Positions 12,734 to 27,729 of a stretch of DNA of 64,000 nucleotides are shown here, in pieces. The notes under the pieces were generated by a model, which searched no databases, was not told the origin of the DNA, and saw only the letters and a program-made list of their open reading frames with translations. The DNA is taken from contig MCFH01000072.1 in assembly GCA_002104945.1 (NCBI GenBank), positions 62,001 to 126,000 of the forward strand. Reading direction: 5' to 3'. The stretch comes from Piromyces finnis finn (Eukaryota; Fungi; Neocallimastigomycota). The first letter of the stretch is position 1, and each line of letters begins with the position of its first letter. The translations under genes and the position numbers were made by a program.

Positions 12734-15087
12734 ATGGATGACGATTTATTTGGAAGTGATTCTTCTTCCGAAGAAGAAAGAACAGAAATTAAAAGATCTG
12801 AAAGAAAACAAATTCGTAGTATTCAATCTAGTTCAGAAAGTGAAAATGAAAGCGATAATAATGTTAATAATGATGATAGTGACAAAGATAGTGATGATAT
12901 GCCACGTAATAGAAATTATCGAAAATTAAAAAAGAGTTCTTCATACAACGATGACAGAAGTTTAAATTTTGATTCTGATAATGAAAGAGAAAATACTAGG
13001 GAAGATTTATCTGATAATGAAAAGAATGATGCAGGAATGGAAGATTTATTTGGATCAGAGTAACTATTTATTTCATTCAGTATTGATAATAATAAACATT
13101 TATATTAAAGTTTTTTGATTTATATATATTTAAATATTAAATATTAATGGATTAATATATAAAATAAATATAACAAATGTTAATTTTTTTTATTTTATTT
13201 TTTTTCCCTTTTCATAAATTATTATTAAATATTTGTTATAATCATATTCCTTATTTTTTTTTACAATAAAATATCATATTATGAAATCATATAATACATA
13301 ATTTAATAATATTTACAATCAAAAAATTTCATTTACATTTTAAATAAAAGTGAAGAAAAGAGTTCAGATGAGGATCTTTCAGATGATAATAGAAATAATA
13401 TAATTAGTCGTGAAAGAAGTAGAACTCGTAGTAGAAGTAGTAGTAGAAGTAGAAGTCCAAGTTTAGAAAAGAAAGTTATTTCTATTGATGTTTCAATACC
13501 AAATTTAGAACCACCAAGTAAGAAAAATTCTAATGTAAGTTTAAGTTTATTAAAGAATTTTATGATTATTGAAGATAAAAATAACAGTAATAACATTAAT
13601 AATTTTGAGAGCATTCGCGACTATTATTAATTTTATAATCATTTTTATTACATAATAAAATTAATGTTTGGTGTTTGAAATGATTAATAATTCATTACTA
13701 TAACAGATATATTTAGCAAAATTACCAAACTTTTTAGATATTGAACCAGAACCATTTGATCCTCTTACATACAAAGGAGTAGAGGAAGAAGAAGCAAGAT
13801 TAAGAGAAAATGTTATACGATGGAGATATAAAAAGGATAAAAATAACAATTATTTAGTAAATAATCATTTTTTTTATTCTTCTTCCTCTTATTATTATTA
13901 TTATATTCTATATTCGTTATTATGATTACCGTGTTTAACATCAATTTTTCTTTCTTTTTCCATTTCTCTATAATATCCTATTAAATCATGCATAATTCTT
14001 TAAAAAAATATCAAATTAATATCAATATATTTTAATGATACTATGACAATCAAATTTCTAATACTTTAATCTATACTTTTACAAATAAATTTGATTTAAT
14101 ATTTTTGGAACACATTATATTTAAAAATAATAGCCTGATCAAAAAGAATCCAATGCAAGATTTATAAAATGGTCAGATGGATCATTATCACTATTGTTAG
14201 GAGATGAAATGTTTGAAGTAAATCTTAATGAAATTGACAGTCATCAATATATTATTGTTCATCATAGTAAACAAGGTGTTTTACAAACACAAGCTCAACT
14301 TAAGAATTCCATGGCATTCCAACCATATGGTATCAAGAGTTTAACTCACAAGAAATTAACAGCATCCATTGCTGAAAAACATCAAAGAGCTGTTAAAACT
14401 AAAATGTTTACTGGTGAACATAACAAGAATGATTTAAGACAAGAAATTGTTAGTAATTCTCTATAAAAAATAGTTTAATACATTTAGATATATCACAAAA
14501 TTTATAAATGAATTTTTTTTTTATCTGAAATTATTTTTATTAAATATTATTATTTATGGATTTATGATAATTATTATATTTTATTATTGTAAATATTGCA
14601 GAAAGATAATCGTCGTATTAACCAAAAATTAGAAAGATTACAACAAAAAAAGAATAAACCAAAGAATACCGAAAATACAAGAAGTCATACTCGTAATAAC
14701 AACAATAATAATAGTGATGAAGAAGAATCATATTCTCAAAAATCAAGATATAATCGTTATGAAGATGAAGGTGATTCAGAAGACTTTATTGTTGATGATG
14801 ATGAATATGATGAAGAAGAGGAACGTGAAAGAGAAAAAGAAGAAAGAATTCTTAAGGCTAAAAGAGAAGGTGAAAGACAAAGAAGAAGAGAAGAAGAAAG
14901 AAAAAGAATTGAAAAACAAAGAGAGTTATCACGTAAGAGAAAATTTGAAGAACATGCTGATTTATTTGATGATGAAGGTAGCAATGAAGAATTTGAATCT
15001 GAATCTGAATCTGATGATAATGAGGATGTCACTATAAAGAAGAAGACAAAGAAGAGACAAGTCTTAATGAGTGATGATGAAGAATAA
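12734..15087 (+). CDS. LEO1: Paf1 complex subunit Leo1, multi-exon
   Basis: Acidic N-terminus (MDDDLFGSD); core KLPNFLDIEPEPFDP, ENVIRWRY, NARFIKWSDGSLSLLLGDEMFEV, STHKKL-like SLTHKKLT; charged C-terminus. Confidence 0.9.
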
Positions 15088-15840
15088 TAGAATTTAAAAT
15101 ATTTTTTATTCTAATTTAAATTTATTACATATATATTTTCATTTAAAATATAGACTTTTTTTTTTCACCTATTTATTTCAATTTATTACTCGTTTTATTA
15201 TTTTTTTTTTCTTTTTTTTTTTTTTTTCTTCAAAATTTTATATATATATTCAATGTTTATATGGCGTTAAAAAATAATATATATATATTAAAACATACTT
15301 TATAATTTATAAAACGAGAATAAAAAAATAAAAATATTCATTAATAAATAATGATTTTATAACAAAATAAATGTTTTGTATAATGAAGTAATATATATAT
15401 ATTAAAATTCAATCTTTTATAGAATGGGTAATTATTATTATTATATGAATAAGAGAATTTAATTAAAACATTATACATTATTAGCAAAAAATGACAGATA
15501 AAAAAAATAAAGGGTACTAATTTTACTTTTTTTGAACGACCATTTGATTCATAATTTAATATTTAATAATAAAGTAATAATATTTAAAACTTTATATTAA
15601 TTAATTTTCATGGTAACTTTTATTATTTTTAGTATTTTTACTTAACTTTTTTATATTAATATAAAATGTATATTAATATATATAAATACATAGGCACGAT
15701 TCTATATATGCATGAATAAAAATGAATAAAATATAAAACTTTATATATTTTCTGTTAAAAGTTAATTTAAGATTGTTTATTATAAAATTATAAAGTATAA
15801 TTATCGAGCTTAGGCTTAGTTTCATATAATAATTTGCTTT

Positions 15841-15872
<32 letters not shown>

Positions 15873-16805
15873 AAAATTCGGATATTAATAGAATTTATAT
15901 TTGATTTTGAATATAATATATTACAATATATTATAATATATAATAACTATAATTAAAGTTTTAATAGTACAAAAAATGAACTTTTATTTATATATATAAT
16001 TAATTTTTTATTAATTAATTGACTTTAATTATTTATTATCTATTTGATAAACATTTTTTTTAAAATTATATATGAATAAATAAATAAATAAATAATAGGT
16101 ATATCATCCATAATCACCATTTTTTAGTATTTTATATAAATAGTTAAGGTAGTGTATATTATGAATATTTTGTATATTTTATATATTTACATATTTACTC
16201 TTTTTTATAAAAAAATAAGAGTTTAAAAATTATCCAATATTAATAAATAAATAGATAAATAAATAAATAAATAAATAAATGAAATTTATTTAATAAAATT
16301 TAATAAATAATATAATAATTAATATGTAAAAAATTTCTTTTTTTTTATAATTAGTAAATATTTAAAGAAGTCTTTTTTTTTTTTTTTTAAAAAAATAAAG
16401 TATTTTTGTATACTTTTAAAATTATTTTATTGTATTTAGAATAATTAAGGTATATAAAAAAGAATAATTGTATTTTATTCATAAGCGAGTTCTTATTTAA
16501 AATAACAGTAGAAATAAAGATAATAATAATAATAAAAAAGTATATTTTACAAAACTATTAAAAAAAAGAATACACCTTTTTTATAATAGAAATATTAGTA
16601 AACAATAATAAAGCTCTTAAATAAATATATATGCATAAAGAATAAGCAAAATAATAAATGAGAATACAATAATAATAATGATAAAAATAATAATAAAAAA
16701 AAAGCATTTTTAATAATATAGATGGAATTTAAATTTTAAAAATAATGTAAAAATATGATATTTGAAGATAGCATACCAAATAAGTGTTATTCTCTCTCTC
16801 TCTCT

Positions 16806-16839
<34 letters not shown>

Positions 16840-17273
16840 TTAAAAAACTAATAATAATAATTAAAAAATAGTGTTTATTATGATGTAAAGAATAATGGAA
16901 ATTTGTTTTTAAAATATATATATATTAAGAAATTTTAAAATAAATATCTATTTGAAGAAATAATATTAAACATTTTAACATGTTAAAAATAAACATTAAA
17001 AAAGATAAATAAAAAGAAAATAATTTTTTATTTATGTATTTTTAAATTATTATTATTATTATTATTAATATTAAATATCATACTCATATAAAATATTTTA
17101 TACAATTAATAATATTAATTAATTATTTTTTTTATAATATTTTTTATATGTATTGTTAAATATTATCATTATAAATAATACTACACACAAAAAAACAATG
17201 ACAAATAAATATTATGTAAATTTGGGAATAATATTTAATGAATATAAATAATATATTAAATTAAGTAGTAAAA

Positions 17274-19062
17274 ATGTCAATATCAATGTCAGGTTCAAAT
17301 ATTATTGAGGACAACAGCAATGTTCCTGTTGTATCTATTCAATTTGTATCTTATCCAGATACTAGTAGAAGTCCAAATCCATTAACTTTTGATAAAATTG
17401 AACGTGATCTTATTGAAGGAATGGTTGTTAAGATTGGAAGACAAGTTAACAGACCAGGTAATAATAATGATAATATTGCAAATGACAATGCCATTTGGTT
17501 TAAGAGTAAAGTTGTTAGTAGAAGTCATGCAGAAATTTGGGCAAAAGATGGACAAGTAAATATAGCTATTGAATTTATAATAAAATAATAAATCACGAAT
17601 ATTAATAGCAACGATAACAGTAACAACAACAATAATGATATTAGTTTTTATTTACTAAATAGATTTTTTATATATATATTTTTTTAAAAAAAAATTGTCT
17701 TTAAGGTTTATTTAAAAGATACTGCTAGTTCTTCTGGTACTTTCTTAAATCACATGAGACTTAGTCCTTCAGGAAAAGAAAGTAGACCATATCCTTTAAA
17801 GGATAATGATATTATTCAATTAGGTATCGATTATCAAGGAAAGTCTGAAGGTAAATGAAGATATTTAAAATGTAACAATAATATAATAAAAAACCTCATA
17901 TATAGAAAAAATAATAACTTTTTTTTATTATTTTAAATAATATTTATAAATATTTTAAATTTTCGAAAAAATAGATATATATAAATGTGTTATTATAAAA
18001 ATTGTTATTGTTAATAGAAAAGTTATACAACAACGCAGACAAGCTAACCCAACTAGGTAAAAAAAAAGTCAATTTATAATATTAATCTGCTAAATATATA
18101 TTATAATTTTTATAATATAATTTTTATTAAATTTAATCATCGACCTTTTTTTTTTTTTTATTAAATACAAAAGATTCAGAGCTGCTTTAAAGGCTCTCTT
18201 ATCAGCTACTAATCCATATTCAAGTCATTCTGGAGATGATGAAATAAACTCTAAAGCTTCAGTGGACTGTTGTATTTGTTTATGTGGTATAGGGCCATTC
18301 CAAGCTTTATTCGTTGCCCCATGTTCCCATTGTTTCCATTATAAATGCGTTACTCCTCTCCTTTCAACTGGTAATATGTTCCAATGCCCATTATGTCGTC
18401 AAGTCGCTAATTTAGTTGCTAGTGTTAGTATGGAAAGTTTCAGTGGATTAGATGATGATATTGATACTAATGGTTTATCAAGTTCACCAGGAATTTTATC
18501 TAGTACACCAATAACTACACTTTCAACGACTAGAAGACCATGCACAACTTTAAGACCTGATGAAAGTGATGATATGAGATTCCAATTAAATAATAGAATG
18601 AATAATGCTAGTACAGATACCAATTGTACCAATGTTGCACCAATTAATCAAGATATTGGTGATTTAAATATTATTCAAGAGGATGGTCAATCTACTAGTA
18701 ACCTTCAAAATCCTATTTTCCCAAATAACGAAAATAACTCAAATTCCAATGTAAATAATACATCAATCCCTATAAATATTATAAATAATGATGTTAATAA
18801 TAATAATACCAATGATAATGGAACACATACTAATAATAATAATTTAAATAATTTTATAAATAATTCTACCAACCCATTACTTGATGATACTAATCCCCGT
18901 GCACGGGTTTTGACATCAGAGAACATAAATATGCTATCTGATATGGACAACGAAGATTCATTAGCTCCAGTTAACCTTAATAATACTAATGGTGCTGAAA
19001 GAAGAGGAAATGATGGTGTAGATGTTGCTACTAATTTAATGAATGATATGGAAATTAATTAA
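17274..19062 (+). CDS. DMA1: FHA-RING E3 ubiquitin ligase (Dma1/Dma2/Chf family)
   Basis: FHA motifs KIGR, FKSKVVSRSHAEIW, DTASSSGTFLN, DIIQLGIDYQG; RING DCCICL..APCSHCFHYKC..CPLCR; N-rich tail. Confidence 0.9.
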
Positions 19063-19907
19063 AAATAATGATTATAATTCAACCAGAAATAAACAAAGAT
19101 AAATGTAAAAAAGAATTTTAAAAGTTAAATATTTAAAAAATAACAACAACAACAAACATAAATTATTAGTATATTATTATGTATTTTTTTTTTTTTAAAA
19201 AAAAAAAAGCAATAGTAATATTAAACTACACCATTTTTTTTTCTTAATTCTTCTTCTTTTTTATCACCTTATTTATTTTTAAATTAATAATAACATTTTT
19301 TTTTATTATTATTTCATTTTCACATAATATTAAAAGAAAAAAAAAAAAAAAAAAAAAAACAACCCTTTTTATTGTTTCCTATATTATAATTTATCATAAT
19401 TTATTAATTTTGCATTAATAGTAAATAAAAAATATAAAATAAAATAAATATTTGATACGAATACCAATATAAATAACTTTTTGATATTAATGGTTATTAT
19501 AAAAAAAATTCTATATATTATTCTTTTTACTATTTCTATGGTGATATAAATAAAATAGAATAAAATAAAAAAAGATATGTAAATGAAATTAAAGCTAGAG
19601 TTGAAATTGAGTGGTATTTTTTTTTTTCTTTCTTTTCTTATGTAGAGATGTTTACTTTTTTATACGTATATAAAAAACAAAAACATTTAAATAAATATAA
19701 ATATTATTTTTTTATTTAAATTTTATAAAAATTTATAATTACTATTATAAAAAAGATCAAATAAAAATCATATATTACTTATATATAAATAAAATATTCT
19801 TACCCAATCTGACCAATAAAATTTCTTTATTCAATTGCTATTTTTTTTTTTTTTTTTTTTTTTTTTTCAGACTTTTCAATTTTAATTATTATTTTTTTAT
19901 TAAACAC

Positions 19908-19942
<35 letters not shown>

Positions 19943-19993
19943 TTGAGAAAGTTATAATTATAAAAAAAAAAATAATAATTTTATTAAAAAAAA

Positions 19994-22086
19994 ATGACCG
20001 ATTTTCAACGTTTAGTCATTAAAAAATATCCAAAAGTTCAAACTGGATATACCAATGAATATTATTGGAAAAAGTTTAAAGTAATTCAATTTATAATAAA
20101 TTTTAAAGAATTAAAAGAAATTATATTCAAAACGAAATCTCACATTAATTTTAAAATTTTTGATACTATTTTATATTATTATTTTAAATATTATTCTTGT
20201 CATTTATATTTTATTATTATTATTTTCTAAAATTATATATATAATTAATAACTATAAATATGTCAATATAAAATTAAAATGATGTAATTTCAAATTTATA
20301 ACACAAACAAACATCTTTATTAAATATAATGAAAAAATCATTTCAAAATTCAGAATCCAATTTTAATTAAAGAACATGGTCCAATTAATTCAATTTATTT
20401 TTCACCAGTCGAACCACATAACTTTGCAGTTACTAGTTCAGCAAGAGTTCAAATATATAGTCCAGTAACTCATACTGTTAAGAAAACTATTTCAAGATTT
20501 ACAGATATAGCTTACAGTGGTCATATTAGAAGTGATGGACAATTACTTGTTGCTGGTGATGCTACTGGTTTAATACAAGTAATGTTTCATTTCATTTTTA
20601 TAATATATATTTAGCATGAAGAAAAAAATAAAAAAAAAAAAGCATTACTAAGGAGAATGATTACAAATACTAATATATAAAATATTATATTATTTAGATG
20701 TTTGATCTTAATAGCAGAGCTATTTTAAGAACTTTCAGAGAACATTCCAAGTAAATTTCATATTTCAGATTTATATTTACATTTCAAGTAAGAATAATGA
20801 ATTAATCTTATGATTACTAATTTTAATCCAATCATTTTGTTATATTTCAATAAATGATAATTTAAATTAGACCAGTTCATGTTACCAAATTTTCATCAAA
20901 TAAAACTCAAATTTTATCAGCTTCAGATGATAAAACTGTAAAATTATTAGATATTCCAGGACAATCTGTTTTAAATAATTTCGACGAACACAAGGTATAC
21001 ATCATTTTGAGAATTTAGGGAATTAAGATTTATAATATAGATAATTTATTAATAAGGATACAATAATATTATATTATTTAAATATATAATTTATATAATT
21101 AAAATCATTATCATTATTTTTTTTTCTTTTTTAATTCAAAAGGATTACGTTCGTACAGCCCTTGTATCTCAAGATAACTCTAATATAATTCTTTCTGGTA
21201 AAATATTATTGTTATAATATATATAATGTTTTATATTTTAATTATTATTATTAATTAATAAACTTTTATATATTTATATATTATTTTATAAAAATTATAA
21301 ATTCCATTTTTATTATTATTGTTGTTATTATTAAAAAATAGGTTCATACGATCATACTGTAAAATTATGGGATGCCAGAGAAAATAAATGTTCATTAACA
21401 ATGGATCATGGCGCTCCAGTTGAAAGTGTTTTATTATATCCAGGAGGTGGTTTAGCTGTTTCTGTTGGTGGAAATTACATGAAGATTTGGGATATATTAG
21501 CTGGAGGAAGAGCTCTTAAAACCTTATCAAATCACCAAAAAACTATTACATGTGTCACTTTCGATAATTCTTGTACTAAGATCTTAACCGGTTCTTTAGA
21601 TCATCATGTTAAGATATATGATGTTCAAGACTTTAATGTTGAACATAGTTTGAAATACGAATCACCAATTTTAAGTTTAGGATTATCTGTAAGATTTCTT
21701 TTAAAAAAATTTTAATTATAAAGCAAGAAAATCAAAATTATAAACTAAATATAGATATTTTAATATTGTATAATTAATTAAAATAATATATATTTTTCTT
21801 TTCTTTATTTTTTTATAAATATATAAATAGCCTGATGATACTCATCTTGTTGTTGGTATGGCATCTGGTTTATTATCTATTCGTCAACGTATTGTTCATT
21901 CTGAAGAAATGGCTTTTGATAGAGAAAGTACTATGCCATTCCCAGGTACTTACAATTACTTCATGCGTGGTGCAGCTACTAAACCAAAACATGTAAGTAA
22001 TTTAATATTTATTAAATATATTATTCTTTTTAAAAAAAAAAATTATAAAATGTTAAAAATTACCTATTCTAAAATATAATATAATA

Positions 22087-22125
<39 letters not shown>

Positions 22126-22904
22126 ATATATAGACTGATTTAAAGGTTGAAAAGAGTAGAAGAGTTAACCTTAAGAACTATGATCGTTACTTGAAGACTT
22201 TCAGATATGGTCAAGCATTAGATGCTGTTTTAGATTCATCAAAGGTTAATATTTAAAACAATATCAAATTTCTTTTTTCTCTCTCGTTATTTATATTTTA
22301 ATAAAATTCTAATATTATTTATTATTCATTTAAAATTACTAAAAAATTTAGAACCACAATACTGTTGTTGTTATAAGTATGTTAGAAGAATTAATTAACA
22401 GAGAAGGTTTAAAAATCGCTCTTGCTGGTCGTGATGATGTTACATTAGAACCAATTGTTAAATTCATCATGAGAAATATTATTAATCCAAATTATACTGA
22501 ATTATTAGTTGATGTTACCAATATTATTTTAGGTAAGAATATAATACCAATACCAGATGGAAATTTTTAATTTTTTTTTTTTATAATGATAAAAAGTAGT
22601 GTTCTAATATATATATATATATTTTCAAATTTTTATTTTTTGTTTATTGTTAGATATGTATATTCATGTCATTGGTCAATCTGTTATTGTAGATGAATTA
22701 TTCTCAAAGATTCAAACCAAAGTTCGTTCTGAATTAAAGTTTGAAAGAAAAATTTATCAAACTTTAGGTGCTATGGATATGATATTTTCATCCGCAACTA
22801 CTGCTAGATCAACAAAGTCTTTACCAATTAAAACTAAACCAAAAGCTAATGATACCGAAGATGAAACTATAAACCAAGAAGAAAATATGATAATAGATCA
22901 ATAA
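19994..22904 (+). CDS. UTP15: U3 snoRNA-associated WD40 protein Utp15, multi-exon
   Basis: N-terminal YWKKFK; WD repeats (SGHIRSDGQLLVAGD, GSYDHTVKLWD, HQKTITC, GSLDHHVKIYD); C-terminal EELINREGLKIALAGRDD..LYIHVIGQS. Confidence 0.9.
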
Positions 22905-23964
22905 ATATTTAATTTATTTTTATAATATTTATTAATATTTTTTTAATTCCCTATATAAAAATTATGTTTTTATCACATTATTTTATCATATACACATACT
23001 TTTATTTCGTAGTATAATAAATTAATTTTTTTATTATTATTATTTAATTATTAATATATGTTTTCTTTACCTTTTTTTTTTTTTTTTAATTTCATTAAAC
23101 CATTAATTCTATATTTGTTTTTTTTTTGTTTTTTTTTGTTTTTTTTAAAAAAAAAAAAAAATGAAAAAACGAAAAAACGAAAAAATGACAAAGATGAAAT
23201 AAAAAAAAAAAAATTTTTTTTTTCTAAAAATCCATTCTCTTGAAAAATTATTATTATCTTTTTCCATTAATGTTTTAGATGTTTAACTTAAATAAATATA
23301 ATATATATATAAATATAAATATATATAATGTTCATTATTATTTCTATAATCATTAAACTACATTTTATTATTTTATTATTTAAAATTGAAAGTAAGAATA
23401 TAGAGTTGTTTAAAATTTTATTTTAAAAAAATAAAAAAAATAATAATAATAGATAAACATTATAGAAGTTAATAAGAAGATGAAATGGAAATTATGAACA
23501 AGTAAAAAAAAAAAATAAATAAAAAAAATAATTGAGCATCAATTAATTATAAAAAATAAAAAGAGGTTTTAAATTTTATTTGTAAAATAAAAAAAATAAT
23601 ATTTTTTTTTATATTATTATTTATTTTTTGGTTAAGCATATTTATATATTTAACTTTTTTTTTTTTTTTCTATTATTACTATTTTTCTAAAAAAAATAGA
23701 AAAAATAAAAAATAAAAATAAAAATCAAATATGTTTTATACTTTTTATTATTATTGTCTTTTTTAAATTTATGTGTAATAAATATATATAATATTACTTT
23801 GTTGAAAAAAAAAAAAAAAGGAATATAATTGTTGATTATGCTTATATTTCTTTAATAATATAGTATTGAATAGCTATTAAAATAATAAATAATATTACAT
23901 TCTAATTTTATTGTATTCTATTTTTTTTTTTCTTTTTTTTCTTTTTTTCTTTGAATAAAAACAA

Positions 23965-26000
23965 TTAATTTTTTTCATCATCATTATTACGAATTTCTTC
24001 TACAAAAATTGAATTTTTTAAAAAAAAAGAAAAAAAAATATTTGTTAGATTTATAGAGTCATATATACAAAAATAGTATATAAAATATTTAAAATTAAAT
24101 ACAATACCAAAGAATGGATGATTCATTGCTTCTTCTGCTGTTAATCTTGTTTGATGGTCATATCTTAATAAATTATCTACTAAATCTACAGCTTCCTTGG
24201 TAGCTAAATCTCTATTTTCTTCATTAATGAAAATAGACCAATCTAATTTTTCAAAGCTATTTTTTTTTTTTTTTAATAATTATAAATAATTATTGATATA
24301 TGTTTTTAAATATTAATATATTCCCTCCTCTACAAACAATAATAATAACATTATTTTTACTTACTCATAACTTTCAACAAGTCTTTTAATTCTTGCATTT
24401 AATTTAATATTATAATCACTAATATAGTCATTAAGTTCGTCAGTACCAAGAACACTCATAATCTTTAATAATTGATCTTCATCACTATCTCCTTTAAAGA
24501 AGAATTCCTTTTTAAAGATCTTTTATATATATATAATATATCATTTTTTATATTAATTAAAATAAAAAAATAAATCAGTGGATTTAATATTTATTATTGA
24601 ATAAAATGAAATTTTCAATTTTCGATATATTCAAAGAAAAAAATTATGCTTACTAATCCAGCAAGAACAACACCCAAACTCCACATATCTAATGAATAAT
24701 CGTATAATTGATAATTAACTAATTGTTCTGGTGCTTTGTAATATCTTGATGCTACTCTAACATTATTCTTTACACCAACATGATAAAAATCGGCTAATCC
24801 CCAATCAAGAAGCCATACTTTTCTGGTCTTTTTATCAATACAAACATTGTGAGGTTTTACATCACGATGCATGATACCTTTTGAATGACTGAATTGTAAT
24901 GCTTTTAATAATTCATATATATAACGTTTAATTTCCATGATATTAAAGGTTGGGTATTCTTCCTTCCAATTATTACTTTCAATGTATGGGAATACAAGAG
25001 TTGGATTTCCTTCCTATAATTTTTTAAGAAATTAATTTTTGAAAAAAAAAAAAAAAGTTTTTTCAGTTAATCTATTATTATGAAATTAGAAGAAAAAAAT
25101 ATATACTTCTATATATGATGCATTCTAATAGTTACTTGTTTGTCTTGAATAACATCAATCAATGGAATAATATTTGGACCACCCTTTAAATTCTTTAGAA
25201 TTAAAATTTCTCTTCTAATACGTTTAGTACGTTCTGGCTTAAATACTTTCATAACTAATGGGAAATCATGGTCTGGTGACATACATTTATAAACATTTGA
25301 GTATTTTCCTCTACCAACAGCTTCTCCAACGGTATATTTTGAATTATCACTTTAAAAAAAAAAAAGTAAATAAAAATATTATAAAAATTATAAAATTATA
25401 ATACTTATTAATATATTAAATTTTTAACGAATTTATATCTGAGTGAATAATAGAATATGAAAGATATACATAAATCTAATTTCACTAAATTGATTTATAC
25501 CTAAATTGTAAGGTAGTGCTTTCCCAATCCCAGTATGTTCTTGGCATTTGTTCGTTTACATGAGCAAAAACTCTTGACATATTTTTTGGTGTGTTGCTAG
25601 AGAATATGTTTGAAGGAACTGCAACTGTTGTTGTGAATATTTTTTGAATAACATTTTTATGTTCTTGTTGTTTTTCTGGTGGTGCTTGTTGAGGTCCTAT
25701 TTCTTGAGTTTCTATCTTATTTTTTGAGCTATGACTTAAAAGGCCTAATTTTGATAATAAGAAAAACATTACGAAGAAAATTTTAAGAATGTAAAAACAA
25801 TAACCAAATGCAATTCCAAGTGGAGAATGATTTAATGATTTTGGTTTTAATGAAAAAATCCAACCAAGAGTTTTTTTGCAAAAATGAAGTGTAACTTTTT
25901 GAAAAGATTTTGATTCGTAACTTGATTTTGGATGTGATTTATAATTATACTCGGGTAGAGAGTACTTTTCTGAATAGTTATTAAATGGACTTGACGACAT
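23965..26000 (-). CDS. Divergent casein kinase II catalytic (alpha) subunit with a 140-aa N-terminal extension containing a hydrophobic segment
   Basis: Exons 26000-25501, 25349-25136, 25013-24654, 24519-24365, 24256-24108, 23999-23965. CK2 hallmarks: [77 protein letters not shown]. Confidence 0.85.
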
Positions 26001-26018
26001 GAATTATTTTTGAAATTA

Positions 26019-26050
<32 letters not shown>

Positions 26051-27729
26051 GAATTATTTAATTGTGTTAATGATATCTAAAGAAAAATGAATCTTCTTTA
26101 ATTAGAAATATATTATACCAAAATTTATAGTAAATAATTTATTTTAATAAAATTTATTTATTTATTTTTATTAGATTATTTAATGATAATAACATTAATT
26201 ATTTCTATTTCTATTTATTGGTTTTATTTTTCTTTTAATCTTTTACTTTATTTTTCTTTATTGATTTATATTTTCTTTTTTTTTTTTTTATTTATTGATT
26301 TATTTTTATTTTTATATTCTATAAATAACAAAATAGCCTTTATATTTATAATTTGTGCTATTTTCTTTTTTTTTTTATTTATTTTGTTGTTGGATTATTA
26401 TAATCTATTATTATTTATATATATTTAAAGTATTTGATATTCTATTTATAATATAAATTACTTTTAATAAAACATAAGTAATAATTTCAAAATTGATATA
26501 ATAGTAATGGATATTATATATTTTTATTAATCATTTTCTTTTTAGAATAAAGAGAGAAGGTTATTTACGGTTTTTTTTTTTTTTTATATCAATAATTAAA
26601 TAATTTTACATTATGTATTATTAACCTCTACATTAATATACATCATCCATATATTATATATATAAATTATATTATTAATATTACAATCCAATATAAAACC
26701 AATACTATCAATTGATTTATAATACATAAAATTAATACATTATGTATTAAATTATTTTAAATTTATTAAAACGGAACTTTAATTATGAAGGAAAATTTTA
26801 AAATTATTTTTAGAATTTAAATACAATAAAAAAACAAATTCTTTAATTAAAATTATGAATTGAACAGGTTTCTTTTTCTGACGTTAATAAAAGTAATGCG
26901 TATTACAAAAATTTGTTCGAAACATTTGTATAAAAATAATATCTATTGTAATTTTTCTTTTTTTCCTTTTTTTTTAATACCTATAAATTTAAATAAATTT
27001 AAATATTATTTATTTATTTATTTATTTATTTATTAAATCAAAAATAAAATTATTCATAATAAATAAAATTAAAAAGAAATTTAAAATATTAAAATTACTT
27101 GGTAAATATAATTTATTAATTAATATTCATAATGTCACCCAAATCAAAATAAATAAAAATTTATAAAATATTTGAAAAAATGGTTTATTATCAAAGCAAA
27201 AAAAAAAAAGTGCAGTAAAAAAAAAAAAAAGATTAACTCTATTAAAAAATATATTAACTAAAATTAACAGCTTATGATATACCAACCAACTATTTTATGA
27301 ATATTATTGATTTTAAATAGTTTAAATATTTATTATAATTTAAAGTTTTTTTTTCAAAATCAAATAATAAAATCTTTAAATTAGTACATAATTATATATA
27401 ATTAATGAAATTTACATAGTTATTTTCTCAAATAATATAAGTAATTTTTTATAATGAATAATTTACATACTGAATTATATTATTTTATTAATGTCATATT
27501 ATAATAAATTAAAAAAGCAGGCAATACTTTTAATCATTATAAAATAGAATAAAAGATGTAAGATTAATATATAAAATAAATATATATACTATGTTACAAG
27601 TCTTTATTTTATTCCATTTATATTACTATTTTTATTATATATAATAAGATATAATAAGATATATACATCAAAATTAAAATACATTCTAAAAACTTCATTT
27701 TGTTTCTTTTTAATATACATTATAAAAAA

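Noticed and set aside
27700-27729. TTG start used by the ORF track
   Set aside because: The ATG at 27730 gives a cleaner signal-peptide start.
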